Below, one piece after another: positions 25,738-38,820 of a stretch of 64,000 bases of DNA. The stretch is taken from assembly GCA_030390025.1 (NCBI GenBank), contig CM059425.1:163496001-163560000 (forward strand), in the 5' to 3' direction. The notes below the pieces were generated by a model. It had not been told where the DNA came from, did no database searches, and worked only from the letters and a program-made list of their open reading frames with translations. Numbering within the stretch: position 1 is the stretch's first letter; every line of letters begins with the position of its first letter. This DNA is from Squalus acanthias (taxonomy: Eukaryota). The translations under genes were made by a program, and so were the position numbers.

Positions 25738-28586
25738 GGGGGTGATTTTCCCAGCCCCGAGGAGGCGGGTTTGGAGGCGGGACAGTTGGCAAAATCGCAA
25801 AAAGTGAGGGCGGGTTCGGAACCCGCCTCCGCGCAATTTTGCCGGAGGCGGTTTTGATGGGTGCGATTCGGTCCCGCCTCCATCAGTCGGGAGAGGTAGT
25901 TAAGACCCTTAAAAAGTCGTTAAGGGCCTCTATAATCCTATTTATCAGTGGCTGTCAAAGTCACCACCGCACACAACTTTTTTGCCGCAGGCTCCTTCCA
26001 GGGATCATCAGCGGCATCTCCCAGTTGGCCGCCCACAGTTGCATCACGCAGGTTACCGATGCCCTTTTCGCAAAGGCGTACAATTACATCCACTTCTCAA
26101 GGGATCAAGCAAGTGTAACCGCGCGTTCAGTTGGCTTTGTAAATATGGCAGGCTTGCCAATGGTGCAGGGCATCATAGACTGTACACATGTGGCCCTTAG
26201 GGCACTCCATCAAAACCCAGCTATCTTTGTCAAACGCACTCCCTCAACGGACAGCTGGTGTGTAACTACAAGAAGGAGATTTTGCATGATTGCGCCAAGT
26301 TCTGTGGTAGTTGCCATGACTCATTCATCCTGCAGAACTCTAGTGTTTCTCCGCTATTCAATCCACCAAACCAACTTAACGGATGGCTCCTTGGTGACCA
26401 GGGCTACCCCCTGAAGAAGTGGCTAATGACGCCGATCAGGAGGCCAGCTAACGAGGCTGAGGAGCGCTACAACGCCAGCCACACTTCGACCAGGTCCATC
26501 ATCGAGCAAACCGTTGGCTTGCTAAGATGCGATTCCGATGCCTTGACAGATCAGGTGGAGCCCTGCAGTATTCAGCAACCAGGGTCTACATTATTGGGGG
26601 TAAGGTACTGACTTGGATAGAGAACTGGTTGGCAGACAGGAAGCAAAGAGTTGGAATAAACGGGTCTTTTTCCGAGTGGCAGGCAGTGACTAGTGGGGTA
26701 CTGCAGGGATCGGTGCTAGGACCAAGTTATTCACAATATATATTAATGATCTAGACGAGGGAACTAGATGTAATATCTCCAAGTTTGCAGACGACACAAA
26801 GCTGGGTGGGCGTATGTGCTGTGAGGAGGATGCAGAGAAACTCCAGTATGATTTGGACAGGTTGGGTGATTGGGCAGATGCATGGCAGATGCAGTATAAT
26901 GTGGATAAATGCGAGGTTATACACTTTGGTGGCAAAAACAGGAAGGCAGATTATTATCTGAACGGCAATAGATTGGGAAAAGGGGAAGTGCAACGAGACC
27001 TGGGTGTCCTTGTGCACCAGTCGCCGAAGGTAAGCATGCAGGTGCAACAGGCGGTTAAGAAGGCAAATGGTATGTTGGCCTTCATAGCGAGAGGATTCGA
27101 GTACAGGAGCAAGGATGTCTTGCTGCAGTTGTACAGGGCCTTGGTGAGACCACACCTTGAGTATTGTATGCAGTTTTGGTCGCCTTATCTGAGGAAGGAT
27201 GTTCTTGCCATGGAGGGAGTGCAGCGAAGATTCACCAGACTGATACCTGGGATGGCAGGAATGACGTATGAAGAGAGATTGGGTCGATTAGACTTATATT
27301 CGCTAGAGTTTAGAAGAATGAGAGGGGATCTCATTGAAACTTATAAAATTCTAACAGGACTAGACAGACTAGATGCAGGAAGGATGTTCCCGATGGCGGG
27401 GGAGTCCAGAACCAGGGTTCACAGTCTAAGGATAAGGGGTAAGCCATTTAGGACTGAGATGAGGAGGAATTTCTTCACCCAGAGAGTGGTGAACCTGTGG
27501 AATTCTCTACCACAGAAGGCAGTTGAGGCCAATTCATTAAATATATTCAAGAAGGAGTTAGATATATTTCTTAAGGCTAAAGGGATCAAGGGATATGGGG
27601 AGAAAGCAGGGACAGGGTACTGAATTTGGATGATCAGCCATGATCTCATTAAATGGCGGAACAGGCTCAAGGGGCCGAATGGCCTACTCCTGCTCCTATC
27701 TTCTATGTTTCTATGTCTCCAGAATGGTCGTGGTCTGCTGTGCACTGCACAACATGGCACAGCGTCGTGGCTTGCAGCTTCCTGATGAGCAAGTGGCTCA
27801 GTACATAGCCTCCTCTGATGAGGAGGAGGAGGAGGACGACTGAGTGGCAGCATGCGAGCACATGGCTGCCCGTGATGCAAGGGATGCACTTATCCTGGCC
27901 AGATTTGCATAGGTTGCCCATTGTAGCACATGTGCTTGGCTTCTTCTTAACACATGATAGACAATGGACATGACTCTGGCCTCCTTTCACTCTGGCCACC
28001 AACCTGACCACGCAAGTGTCGTGGAGCCCACAATGTGGAGCTGCCATCACGCCAATAGTTTGCCATCACCTAATTTTAATACATTCACACAGGGATGGCA
28101 TTTCATCAATAAACAGAAACAATCACCCAATCTGCACACAGATCTGGAGGTTATATCCCTTGCCAGCTGGACCCACACAGCCTTGGTTTCTTTGGGAGGC
28201 CTCTTCCTCCCAAATGAGGGGAAGAGCACCTCCCTGCTAGCTCTCGCCCCCTCAACCAGCATACCCAGCGCCTCATCCGAGAACCTCGGGGAGGCCCTTG
28301 CCTTGGAGCTGGCCATTCTTCAAGGAGATAAAAGTTTGGAGGTGGTGCACCATCGACCAAAAACCAGTGGAATGAGCTGCAGCAAGCAGCCCTTAAATGA
28401 AGCTGGATAAGTGACGTCAGCAGAGGTGAGTTTCAGTCCCAAAAGACGAATTGGCCCAGGGGAACCCACACCTCTGAAATCAACTGGCCAATTAGGGGGA
28501 AATCGCAAATTTTTCCCACCTGACAGTGGAGGCGGGTTTGGAACCCACCCAAACTGAAACCTGCCTCCATTGGGAAAATCACGCCC
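25738..28586. mobile_element. Harbinger element with a nested CR1
   Basis: TIRs gggggtgattttccca / tgggaaaatcacgccc (15/16), perfect ATA TSD. Transposase on + ([50 protein letters not shown]). Myb exon on - (28047-28316). Confidence 0.93.
26588..27714 (+). mobile_element. Young CR1 LINE 3' fragment inserted in a Harbinger transposase
   Basis: CR1 ORF2 motifs (ISKFADDTKL; 269-aa ORF 26814-27623), tail ctatgtttctat, GTCT duplicated at the junctions (26584-26587 / 27715-27718). Confidence 0.95.
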
Positions 28587-28978
28587 ATAGTTAACATGCA
28601 GGGATTTGCCAGTACTTACAACATGTAAAGGTTATGACACATTGAAGGAGTTTCCACCTTGACCTTCGCACCTTGGCAAGTGGACACACCTGTTTTATAT
28701 CGACATCCTTTATGTCACGTGAAAATGAAGCCGTAATGACAGAAAATGCCTTCATTTAATTACTTGTACTGGAAAATAAGCATGCACTTCTGGTGGAAAA
28801 TCAATTGCATACAAAAATGGGTAGAGACCCAGAGAGCAGGTCCCAGGTCCATCGTTGAGCCCACCCACCTCAGTTTGCCACTAAATTGGCATACCGATAG
28901 CGGAAAATGCTGCCCCCATCTCAAACGCATATTTTGTTTTCCAAATTAAAGTGCGACTGAAGTCATAAATATGTCAGA

Positions 28979-29503
28979 TTTTTTTTATTCGATTATGAGA
29001 TGTGGGCATCGCTGGCAAGGCCAGCATTTGTTGCCAATCCCTAATTGCCCTTGAGAAGGTGGTGGTGAGCCGCCTTCTTGAACCGCTGCAGTCCGTGTGG
29101 TGAAGGTACTCCCACAGTGCTGTTAGGTAGGGAGTTCCAGGATTTTGACCCAGCGACAATGAAGGAACGGCGATATACTTCTAAGTCAGGATGGTGTGTG
29201 ATTTGGAGGGGAACTTGGAGGTGGTGGTGTTCCCATGCACCTGCTGCCCTTGTCCTTCTAGGTGGAAGAGGTCGCGGGTTTGGGAGGTGCTGCCGAAGGA
29301 GCCTTGGCGAGTTGCTGCAGTGCATCTTGTAGATGGTACACACTGCAGCCACGGTACACCGGTGGTGGAGGGAGTGAATGTTTAAGGTGGTGGATGGGGT
29401 GCCAATCAAGCGGGCTGCTTTGTCCTGGATGGTGTCGAGCTTCTTGAGTGTTGTTGGAGCTGCACTCATCCAGGCAAGTGGAGATTATTCCATCACACTC
29501 CTG
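28979..29503 (-). mobile_element. 3' fragment of the tRNA-headed LINE family
   Basis: ORF ends ...AGSKSWNSLPNSTVGVPSPHGLQRFKKAAHHHLLKGN*; poly(A) tail (T-run on +). Confidence 0.92.
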
Positions 29504-30099
29504 CTTGTGAATACAAACACAAACCAGTTTCTTGGGAGTTGAGACAGCTTTAATAATTGCAGTAAATATGGAATGAACTTCCCCCCGCCCCATTTATTTT
29601 TAGAATTCTCATTCAGTCAGAAGCCCCACTGCCCTGCACGCCCCGCAGAAATAAATCTGGTGTTGTGAATCTAAATACAAACTTGGAAAGAAAAACCTGT
29701 AGTGAAGGGAGCTTCATCAGACATGTCAGGAAAACAAATGGTTCATAACCCTCCCCACCCAGCACTAGGAAATCAGAATGACTAAATGACAGAGAAATTA
29801 AATGCAGACTATAAAAATGTAATCAGACACATTTTGTGTGTGTAAACTACCCGCAGCTGCTGAAATCAGCAAAAAAGTATGAAGATGCTAAATATTTTCT
29901 TTCAATACTGTTAACATGGTTTGTATCTCCAGAATAGACAGAACAAGCAAAGTATCCTGCTGTGTCTGTCATCAGAATATAAATGATCTGACTCAGATTT
30001 TTATAAATTTAGCCACATCATCCAATCTGGTTACAGCAATTTAAAATCTGATAGCTCCTCTCAGTAGCAGATTGTTAAAATTAGATTACAGTGAAGTAC

Positions 30100-33069
30100 T
30101 TTTTTTTTTATATTCATTTATGGGATCAGGGCGTCGCTGGCAAGGCCAGCATTTATTGCCCATCCCTAATTGCCCTTGAGAAGGTGGTGGTGAGCCGCCT
30201 TCTTGAACTGCTGCAGTCCGTGTGGTGAAGGTACTCCCACAGTGCTGTTAGGTAAGGAGTTCCAGGATTTTGACCCAGCGACGATGAAGGATCGGCGATA
30301 TACTTCTAAGTCAGGATGGTGTGTGACTTGGAGGGGAACTTGGAGGTGGTGGTGTTCCCATGCGCCTGCTGCCCTTGTCCTTCTAGGTGGAAGAGGTCGC
30401 GGGTTTGGGAGGTGCTGCCGAAGAAGCCTTGGCGAGTTGCTGCAGTGCATCTTGAAGATGGTAGACACTGCAGCCACAATACGCCGGTGGTGGAGGGAGT
30501 GAATGTTTAAGGTGGTGGATGGGGTGCCAATCAAGCGGGCTGATTTGTCCTGGATGGTGTTGAGCTTCTTGAGTGTTGCTTTGGGGAGTCAGGAGGTGAG
30601 ACACTCACCACAGAATACCTAGCCTCTGACCTGCTCTTGTTGCCACAGTATTTATGTGGCTGGTTCAGTTAAGTTTCTGGTCAATGGTGACCCCCAGGAT
30701 GTTGATAGTGGGGGATTCGGCGATGGTAATGCCATTGAATGTCAAGGGGAGGTGGTTAGACTCTCGCTTGTTGGAGATAGTCATTGCCTGGCACTTCTGT
30801 TGCGCGAATGTTACTTGCCACTTATCAGCCCAAGCCTGAACGTCGTCCAGGTCTTGTTGCATGCGGGCATGGACTGCTTCATTATCTGTGGAGTTGCGAA
30901 TGGCGCTGAACACTGTGCAGTCATCAGCGAACATCCCCATTTCTGACCTTATGTTGGAGGGAGGGTTATTGATGAAGCAGCTGAAGATGGTTGGGTCTAG
31001 GACATTGCCCTGAGGAACTCCTGCAGCGATGTCCTGGGGCTGTAATGATTGACCTTCCACCACCACAACCATCTTCCTTTGTGCTAGGTATGACTCCAGC
31101 CAGTGGAGCGTTTTCCCCCTGATTCCCATTGACTTCAGTTTTACTAGGGCTCCTTGATGCCAGACTTGTTCAAATGCTGCCTTGATGTCAAGGGCAGTCA
31201 CTCTCACCTCACCTCTGCAATTCAGCTCCTTTGTCCATGTTTGGACCAAGGCTGTAATGAGGTTGGGAGCTGAGTGGTCTTGGCGGGACCCAAACTGGGC
31301 ATCAGTGAGCAGGTTATTGGTGAGTAAGTGCCGCTTGATAGCACTGTCGATGACACCTTCCATCACTTTGCTGATGATTGAGAGTAGACTGATGGGGCGG
31401 TAATTGGCCGGGTTAAATTTGTCCTGCTTTTTTTGAATAGGACACATCTGGGCAGTTTTCCACATTGCCGGATAGATGCCAGTGTTGTCGCTGTACTGGA
31501 ACAGCTTGGCTAGAGGCGCGGCTAGTTCTGGAGCACAAATCTTCAGCACGATAGCTGAGATGTTCTTGGGGCCCATAGCCTTTGCTGTATCCAGTGCACT
31601 CAGCCGTTTCTTGATATCATGTGGAGTGAATCGATTGGCTGAAGAATAGCTTCTGTGATGGAGGGAACCTTAGGAGGAGGCCGATATGGATCATCCACTC
31701 GGCACTTCTGGCTGCAAACGCTTCAGCCTTGTCTTTTGCACTCACATGCTGGGCTCCACCATCATTGAGGATGGGTAATTCTTGGAACCTCCTCCTCCCC
31801 CGTTAGTTGTTTAATGGTCCACCACCATTCATGACTGGATGTGGCAAGATTGCAGAGCTTTGATCTGATCCGTTGATTGTGGGATTGCTTAGCTTCCGCT
31901 TTTTAGCATGCATGTAGTCCTGTATTGCAGCTTCCCCAGGTTGGCACTTCATTTTTAGGTATGCCTGGTGCTGCTCCTGTACACGCGTTGTTCCCCTGGC
32001 TTGATGGTAATGGTAGAGTGAGGGATATGCCGGGCCATGAGGTTACAGATTGTGGTGGAATACAATTCTGCTGCTGGCCCACAGCGCCTCATGGATGCCC
32101 AGTTTTGAGCTGCTAGATCTATCCCATTTAGCACGGTGGTAGTGCCACACAACACGATGGAGGGTGTTCTCAGTGCGAAGACGGGACTTTGTCTCCGCAA
32201 TGACTGTGGTCACTGCTGACATGGACAGATGCATCTGCGATAGGTAGATTGGTGAGGATGAGGTCAAGTAGGTTGGTTCACCACCTGTCACAGGCCCAGA
32301 CTGGCGGTTATGTCCTTCAGAGTCATTCTTGGTGATGGACATTGAAGTCCCCCACCCAGAGTACATTCTGTGCCCTTCAGTGCTTCAACATGAAGGAGTA
32401 CTGATTCATCAGCTGAGGTGGTTTCCTTGCCCATGCTTGACCTTCATGGGGTCTGGAGTCAATGTTGAGGACTCCCAGGGCCACTCCTTCCCAACTGTAT
32501 ACCACTGTGCCACCACCCCTGGTGGGTCTGTCCTGCCAGGACATACCCAGGGATGGTGATGGAGGAGTTTGGCTGAAAGGTATGATTCTGTGAGGCTGTT
32601 GCTTGACTAGTCTGTGGGACAGCTCTCCCAATTTTGGCACAAGTCCCCAGATGTTGGTGAGGAGGACTTTGCAGGGTTGACTGGGCTGGGTGAGCCGTTG
32701 CCATGTCCGGTGCCAAGGTCGATGCCAGGTGGTCCGTCCAGTTTCATTATTTTGTTTCATAGCGGTTAGTTACAACTGAGTGACTTGCTAGGGTCTTGTT
32801 AAGAGTCAACCACATTGCTGTGGGTCTGGAGTCACAAGGTCGGCAGATTTTCTTCCCTAAAGGATATTAGTGAACCAGATGAGTTTTTACAACAATCCGA
32901 TAGTTTCATGGTTACCATTACTGATGCTAGCTTTTTATTCCAGATTATTTAATTAACTGAATTTAAATTCCAGAGTTGCCATGGTGGGATTTGAACTCAC
33001 GTCTCTGGCTCATTAGTCCAGGCCTCTGGATTACTAGCCCAGTGACATTACCACTACACTACCGTTCCC
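30100..33069 (-). mobile_element. Near full-length LINE (CR1/L2 group) with tRNA-like 5' head; APE-RT ORF decayed
   Basis: RT motifs (NYRPISLL, LDIKAAF, GVPQG, MFADD) and APE N-terminus (LLTNIWGLVPKLGELSHRLVKQQP). A/B-box head at 32985-33069; poly(A) at 30100. Confidence 0.9.
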
Positions 33070-35354
33070 GTATCTGAATCTGTAATTCAGATATATAAGC
33101 ATAGCAACTGGAGAGATGTGAAATATTTTCAAGTTCACCTCTAGTATACAAAGAGAATGAAATAAGACAAACAGATCAAACATGAGAAGGACAAAGAAGA
33201 TCAAGGGAGGAATGCCAGGAAAATCAGAGCCAAATTGCCTGCACCCAGCATTTGTGCACCAACTATATCTGCAGGCCACTGTCACGGATACTTGCCATTG
33301 CCCAAAGGGAAATGTTTTTTCTAGCATCGGGTCAGCAGGGTGACCATTGCAGAGGTGTGCCATCTGCTGCATTGAGACACGCAGCCAACCTTCGCAGTAC
33401 AGTTGGCAGTGTCAGTGGCACTCAAGGTCACATCCTCCCTCAACTTTCCTGCATTCATTTCCTTTCCCAGCATAAATAGCAGCTGCATAAAGATCAGCTG
33501 CAGTATCACCCAGTTTGCAGCCCACAGCTGTATCAAGTGATTGTATCAAACAATGATGCATTGTTCAGTAGGAGCAGCATTTTCCTCCTCATTCCTGCTG
33601 AATAGCAACTGCACCATAACACAGCTGCCCAATCTCACCACATTGTTGCATTTTACTCTGTATACATGTGGCCATCCCATAACCCAACCTGTAACTCATC
33701 ATACAGCATGCAACTGGGGTATGTTGGAAGGATTTGTTGTGCAAAGCATCGTTAAGAGTTCCATACGATAATAGTTTCAAATGTAAGTTGCAGCCTGTAT
33801 GTGTGCCATACTGCTGTATGACCATGAATGCTAAGCATTCAAAGGGCTGTAAGCTTATACAAAAGTTTTGAGGAATGAGCAGTACAACAATAACTGATTC
33901 TGAGGACACAGTTTATCACCTGGATACTTGGGGCAGATACTTGTGAAAGGAATTTTCTGGCTAGCATTATCGTGGCACTTTTCCTTAGATCTGCCATCTT
34001 TTTCCATATTTGTAGCCAGATCCATTGGATAAAACAAAAAGCAATAACCATGGCAACTATCTCCTGTCAGCCATTTTGGCCATTCTTCTCTGGAGCGATG
34101 TCCTCCTTTGTCTCACTACATAAACCAACACCTCAAGGGCACCATCAGCAAATATGCTCCTGCACTTTCAGGAATTCTGCATTGGTAAAAAATAATGTGA
34201 ATCTTTAAATCTCTTCCTCTCAGTACATGTGAAATGGGAGTTTACTTAAGAGGTTCATTCAATAATATGCTTCAGGGAGGGACATGCCATCCCTACCCAG
34301 TCTGCCCTGCACGTGTTTCCAGTCCCACACCACGTGGTTGAATCTTAATGCCCTCAGGACATCTAGGGATGAGCATTCAATACATATTTTCAACCTACAT
34401 TGTCATACAAATTTCAGATATAAAAGGATTCAGTTTTCAGTTTTCAGTTTTCAGTTCAGAGTTGAAATAAGTAATTTAAAGTAATTGAAAGACTTTGAAT
34501 ACTCTGCATCATTACAATACCTTAGTTCACTGTGCTCTTGATTTGTGATTTGTCACTCTTTAATGTAACAAAACTTTGTGATTACTTTGCGTCTTTGTGC
34601 ACGGTCTGCCAGTCATGATTTTATTTTTCCTACAGATTCTATAATATTATTCATCATTGTAGTATGAGAAGAAAAAGAATTTTGCACTTCACTGCTGCAA
34701 CCCTTTAAATTGCTGCAGCAGAAATCCTAGCTTTGTGTGTGCAAGCACCCAGAGGTAGCCTACTGCATAGGTTGGAGCTCGCCACACATGCCACAGTGGA
34801 AGTTCCAGAATGAACAATGTGCACAACCAGCTGTGTTAAGTGTGGTTTTTCAGCAGTGTACCCCAGGGGTTGGTATTAGGACTGTTGCTATTAATGAATT
34901 GGACAAAGATATCCGGCATAATTTGAGTTTATGGATTATATCAAAATAATGAGGAATATTTGCATTAAATGCTTATTTAATTGGGTTCTTTGCCCGAATT
35001 CCTGACTGCAGATTTGGGACTGCCCACGGCCTGCTGCTTGCCCATTTTAAATGAATATATCAGGGATCCTGGATCCAGGCCTGCTGGAAAAAAAACACTT
35101 TAAATGAGCGTGTTATGTTGGGTTTTCTGGTCAATGCTGCTACATTTTGTACCGTGCATTACCTCATTTTGCTGGGAACTGTGCCATTTTTTCAATTTGC
35201 TGCCTGTGCTTTCTTCTAGTATTCTTGGTGGTATTTAAATAGCTTCATACAAAGTGCTGAAGATGGGCATTCCTTGTCAGGTATCTGACTATATTGGATA
35301 TTTCAGATGAGGAAAACAAATACATGAAAGGCCAGCAAACGCAGATACAACGAC

Positions 35355-35772
35355 AAAGAAAGAAAAGAAAGCGGTGCATTTATATAGCACCTTTCATGAT
35401 CTCAGGCCGCCCCAAAGTGCTTTACAGCCAATGGAATACTTTTTGAAGTATAGTCACTGTTGTAATATGGGACGCACGGCAGCCAATTTGCACATAGCAA
35501 GGTCCCACAAACTGCACTGTGGTAGTTAACAGATAATTTGTTTTAGTGGTGTTGAATGAGGGATAAATATTGGCCAGCACATCGTCGAGAACTCCCCTGC
35601 TCTTATTCAAAAATAGTGCCATAGGATCTTTTACATCTTCCTGAGATGGCACCCTCAGTACTGCACCGGAGTGGAGTATTGAGGGTTTTTTCTCAAGCCT
35701 CTGGAGTGGGTCTTGAACCACAACCTTCCGACTCAGAGGGGAGAGTGCTACCACTGAGCCACGGCTGACACC
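35355..35772 (-). mobile_element. Near full-length tRNA-derived Deu-type SINE
   Basis: On the - strand: A box TGGCTCAGTGG (35751-35761), B box GGTTCAAGAC (35710-35719), Deu-like body and gctatataaatgca...(cttt)n tail. Confidence 0.82.
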
Positions 35773-36904
35773 TAAGGCATTCACCTGAGGCGTTCTGTCG
35801 TATCTGAGACCACATTTATAGACCCCTCCACGTGTACTTAGACATGACACAGGAGACAATATTGTTGTGCTGCTGTGCTATCTGCTGCAGAATGACCTAG
35901 AAACACCATCTGGAATAAGAACAGCTTTTCCTGTAGAAATGAACGCTACCACAGCATGACATTTTCATGCTATTGATCTTTCCAAGCCACCTCAGGGACA
36001 GTGCACTCTTGTATCAAACAGATGACATCCCTTTCCCTATGAAAAGCAGGCAATGCTTGAAATGGTACCTCAAAGGGGGTGCGGGAGTTCCCATCTTAGG
36101 TTTGTACCTGCTTCACTGGCCCCACAAGAAATGTATGCAACAGGGAGAAGGAGTACGCTGACCATTGACTTCCTTCCGATGCCAACAAATATCTTCCTCA
36201 TTTGCAGCCAGGTGCAAGGGACTTGGGTGATTGCACGGACTCGTTGCAGTACATTTAGAGGAGGATAGCCTTCGGCCCAAAATAGGGCCACCCTCCTTTT
36301 GATGCACATTCTTCAGCATCAAAGGGAGCAGTGTTGCCCATGTGTCTCTGGTCTGCCATTGTGATCAATTACCCCACATTTCTATTCCCACCACAACTTC
36401 CTGATTAACGGCAAGCTGCAGCCCATTATAACAACTTCTCTATGTAAAACAGCACCTTTTACCTGAGGTATATCAACATCTTTGAGGTCAGAATGACATA
36501 ATACCCAATAAACTGAAACTGTATCATGTACAGGGTACACCATAGCAGGTCAGCAGAAGAACCAATGCAGGTTTAAAATGTTAAAGATCCTTTCTAAATC
36601 TGATAGTCAAACAGCCCCATTAGGTATTGCTCTGTCATTTTTTCCCTAATTCTTTTGGTCATCTCAAATTGATTGGTAATGCTATTCCAAATTCAAATGC
36701 TGCAATTGTTCGTCTTTTTCAAAACGTCAGCACATCTACAAGCATTAGTCTTTATCAACATGCACTTTGCTTAATGACAATATTGTCCTTTATCACTAGT
36801 TAGATAAATGTCATAGAGATAAATACGTTAGAGTTTGTCCTTAAAAATGTTGATCTACCTCAGACAAAAGGAGCTGTTTTACATAGAGAAGGAGTTGGTG
36901 TAGT

Positions 36905-38820
36905 GCTGAAGAATTGTGTTCCAGAACTAGCCATGGCCCTAGCCAAACTGTTCCAGTACACCTGGCAATGTGGAAAATTGCACAGGTATTTCCTGTCCAC
37001 AAAATACAAGACAAATCCAATCCGGCCAATTACCACCCCATCAGTCTACTCTCAATCATCAACAAAATGATGGATGGAGCTGTCAACAGTGCTATCAAAC
37101 GACACTTGCTCACCAATAACCTGCTCATCACCAATGCTCAGTTTGGGTTCCGCTCGGACCACTCGGCTCAAGACCTCATTACAACCTTGGTCCGAACATG
37201 AACCTAGAACTGAATTCCAGCGTTGAGGTGACCGTGACCACCTTGACATCAAGGTAGCATTTGACCAAGTGTGGTACTAAGGAGCCCTAGTAAAACAGAA
37301 GTCAATGGGGATCAGAGGGAAAACTCTCCAACACCTGGAGTCATACCTGGCATAAAGGAAGATGGTTATGGTTGTTGGAGGCCAATCATCTTGGCTCCAG
37401 AACATTGCTGCAAGAGCCCCTCAGGCTAGTGTCCTAGGCCCAACTATTTTCAGCTGCTTCATCAATGAGCTTCCCTCTATCAAAAGGTCAAAAATGGGGA
37501 TGTTCACTGATGATTGTCCTATGAGGAGAGATTGAGTAGGTTAGGCCTAAACCCTCTGGAGTTTAGAAGAATGAGAGGTGATCTCATTGAAACATATAAG
37601 ATTCTGAGGGGAACTGACAGGGTAGATGCTGAGAGATGTTTCCCATGGCTGCAGAGTCTAGAACTAGGGGTCATAGTCTCAGGATAAGGGGTCGGCCATT
37701 TAAGACTGAGATAAGGAGGAATTTCTTCACTCAAACGGTTGTGAATCTTTGGAATTCTCTGCCCCAAAGAGCTGTGGATGCTCAGTCGTTGAGTATATTC
37801 AAGGCTGAGATAGATAGATTTTTGGACTCTAGGGGAATCAAGGGATATGGGGATAGGGCAGGAAAGTGGTGTTGAGGTCAAAGATCAGTCATGATCTTAT
37901 TGAATGGCGGAGCAGGCTCAAGAGGCCGTATGGCCTACTCCTTCTCCTAATTCTTATGTTCTTATTGCATAGTGTTCAGCTCCATTTGCAATTCCTCAGA
38001 TAATTAAGCAGTCCATGCCCACATGCAGCAAGACCTGGACATCAGCAAGACTTGGCCTGATAAGTGGCCAGTAACATCAAGTACCAGGCAATGACCATCT
38101 CCAACAAGAGAGATTCTAACCACCTCCCCTTGATATTCAAAGGCATTACCATCACCGAGTCCCCTACCATCAACATCCTGGGGGTTATCATTGACCAGAG
38201 ACGAACTGGACCAGCCACATACATGCCGTGGCTACTAGAGCAGGTGAGACGCTGGGGGCTCTGCGGCGCTGGCTCACTTCCTGACTCCCTAAAACCCCTC
38301 AAGGCACAGGTCAGGAGTGTGATGGAATATTGTCCACTTTCCTGGATGGGTGCAACTGCCACAAGACTCAAGAAGCTTGACACCATCTAGGACAAAGCAG
38401 TTCACTTGTTCGTCACTTCATTTACTTGCCTAAACATCTGCCTCCTCCACCACCGGCATATTGTGACTGCAGTGTGTACTATCTACAGGATGCACTGCAG
38501 CAACTTGACAAAACTTATTTGGTAGCACCACCCAAACCCATGACCTCTACCACCTAGAAGGTCTAGGGCAGCAGATGCATATGAACACCATAACCTGCAA
38601 GTCACACATCATCCTGACTTGGGCATATATCGCCATTCCTTCATCATTGCTGGGTCAAAATCTTGGAACTCCCTACTCAATAGCATTGTGGGAGCATCTT
38701 CACCACACAGACTGCAGCGGTTCAAGAAGAAGGCCCACCACCACCACCTTAAGGGCAGCTAGGGATGGGCAATAAATGCAGGCCTTGCCAGCAACACCCA
38801 CATCTCAAGAATGAGTTTTT
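36905..38820 (+). mobile_element. Older 5'-truncated copy of the tRNA-headed LINE family with a nested CR1
   Basis: Colinear with 58200-59710 but with many stops; interrupted at the FxDD motif. Confidence 0.88.
37517..37963 (+). mobile_element. CR1 3' fragment
   Basis: ORF MFPMAAESRTRGHSLRIRG..WNSLP; tail ttcttatgttcttat; ATTG at both junctions. Confidence 0.92.

Noticed and set aside
32985..33069. Functional tRNA gene (also 35700-35772)
   Set aside because: A/B boxes are present but no clean cloverleaf could be built, and both run directly into retroelement bodies.
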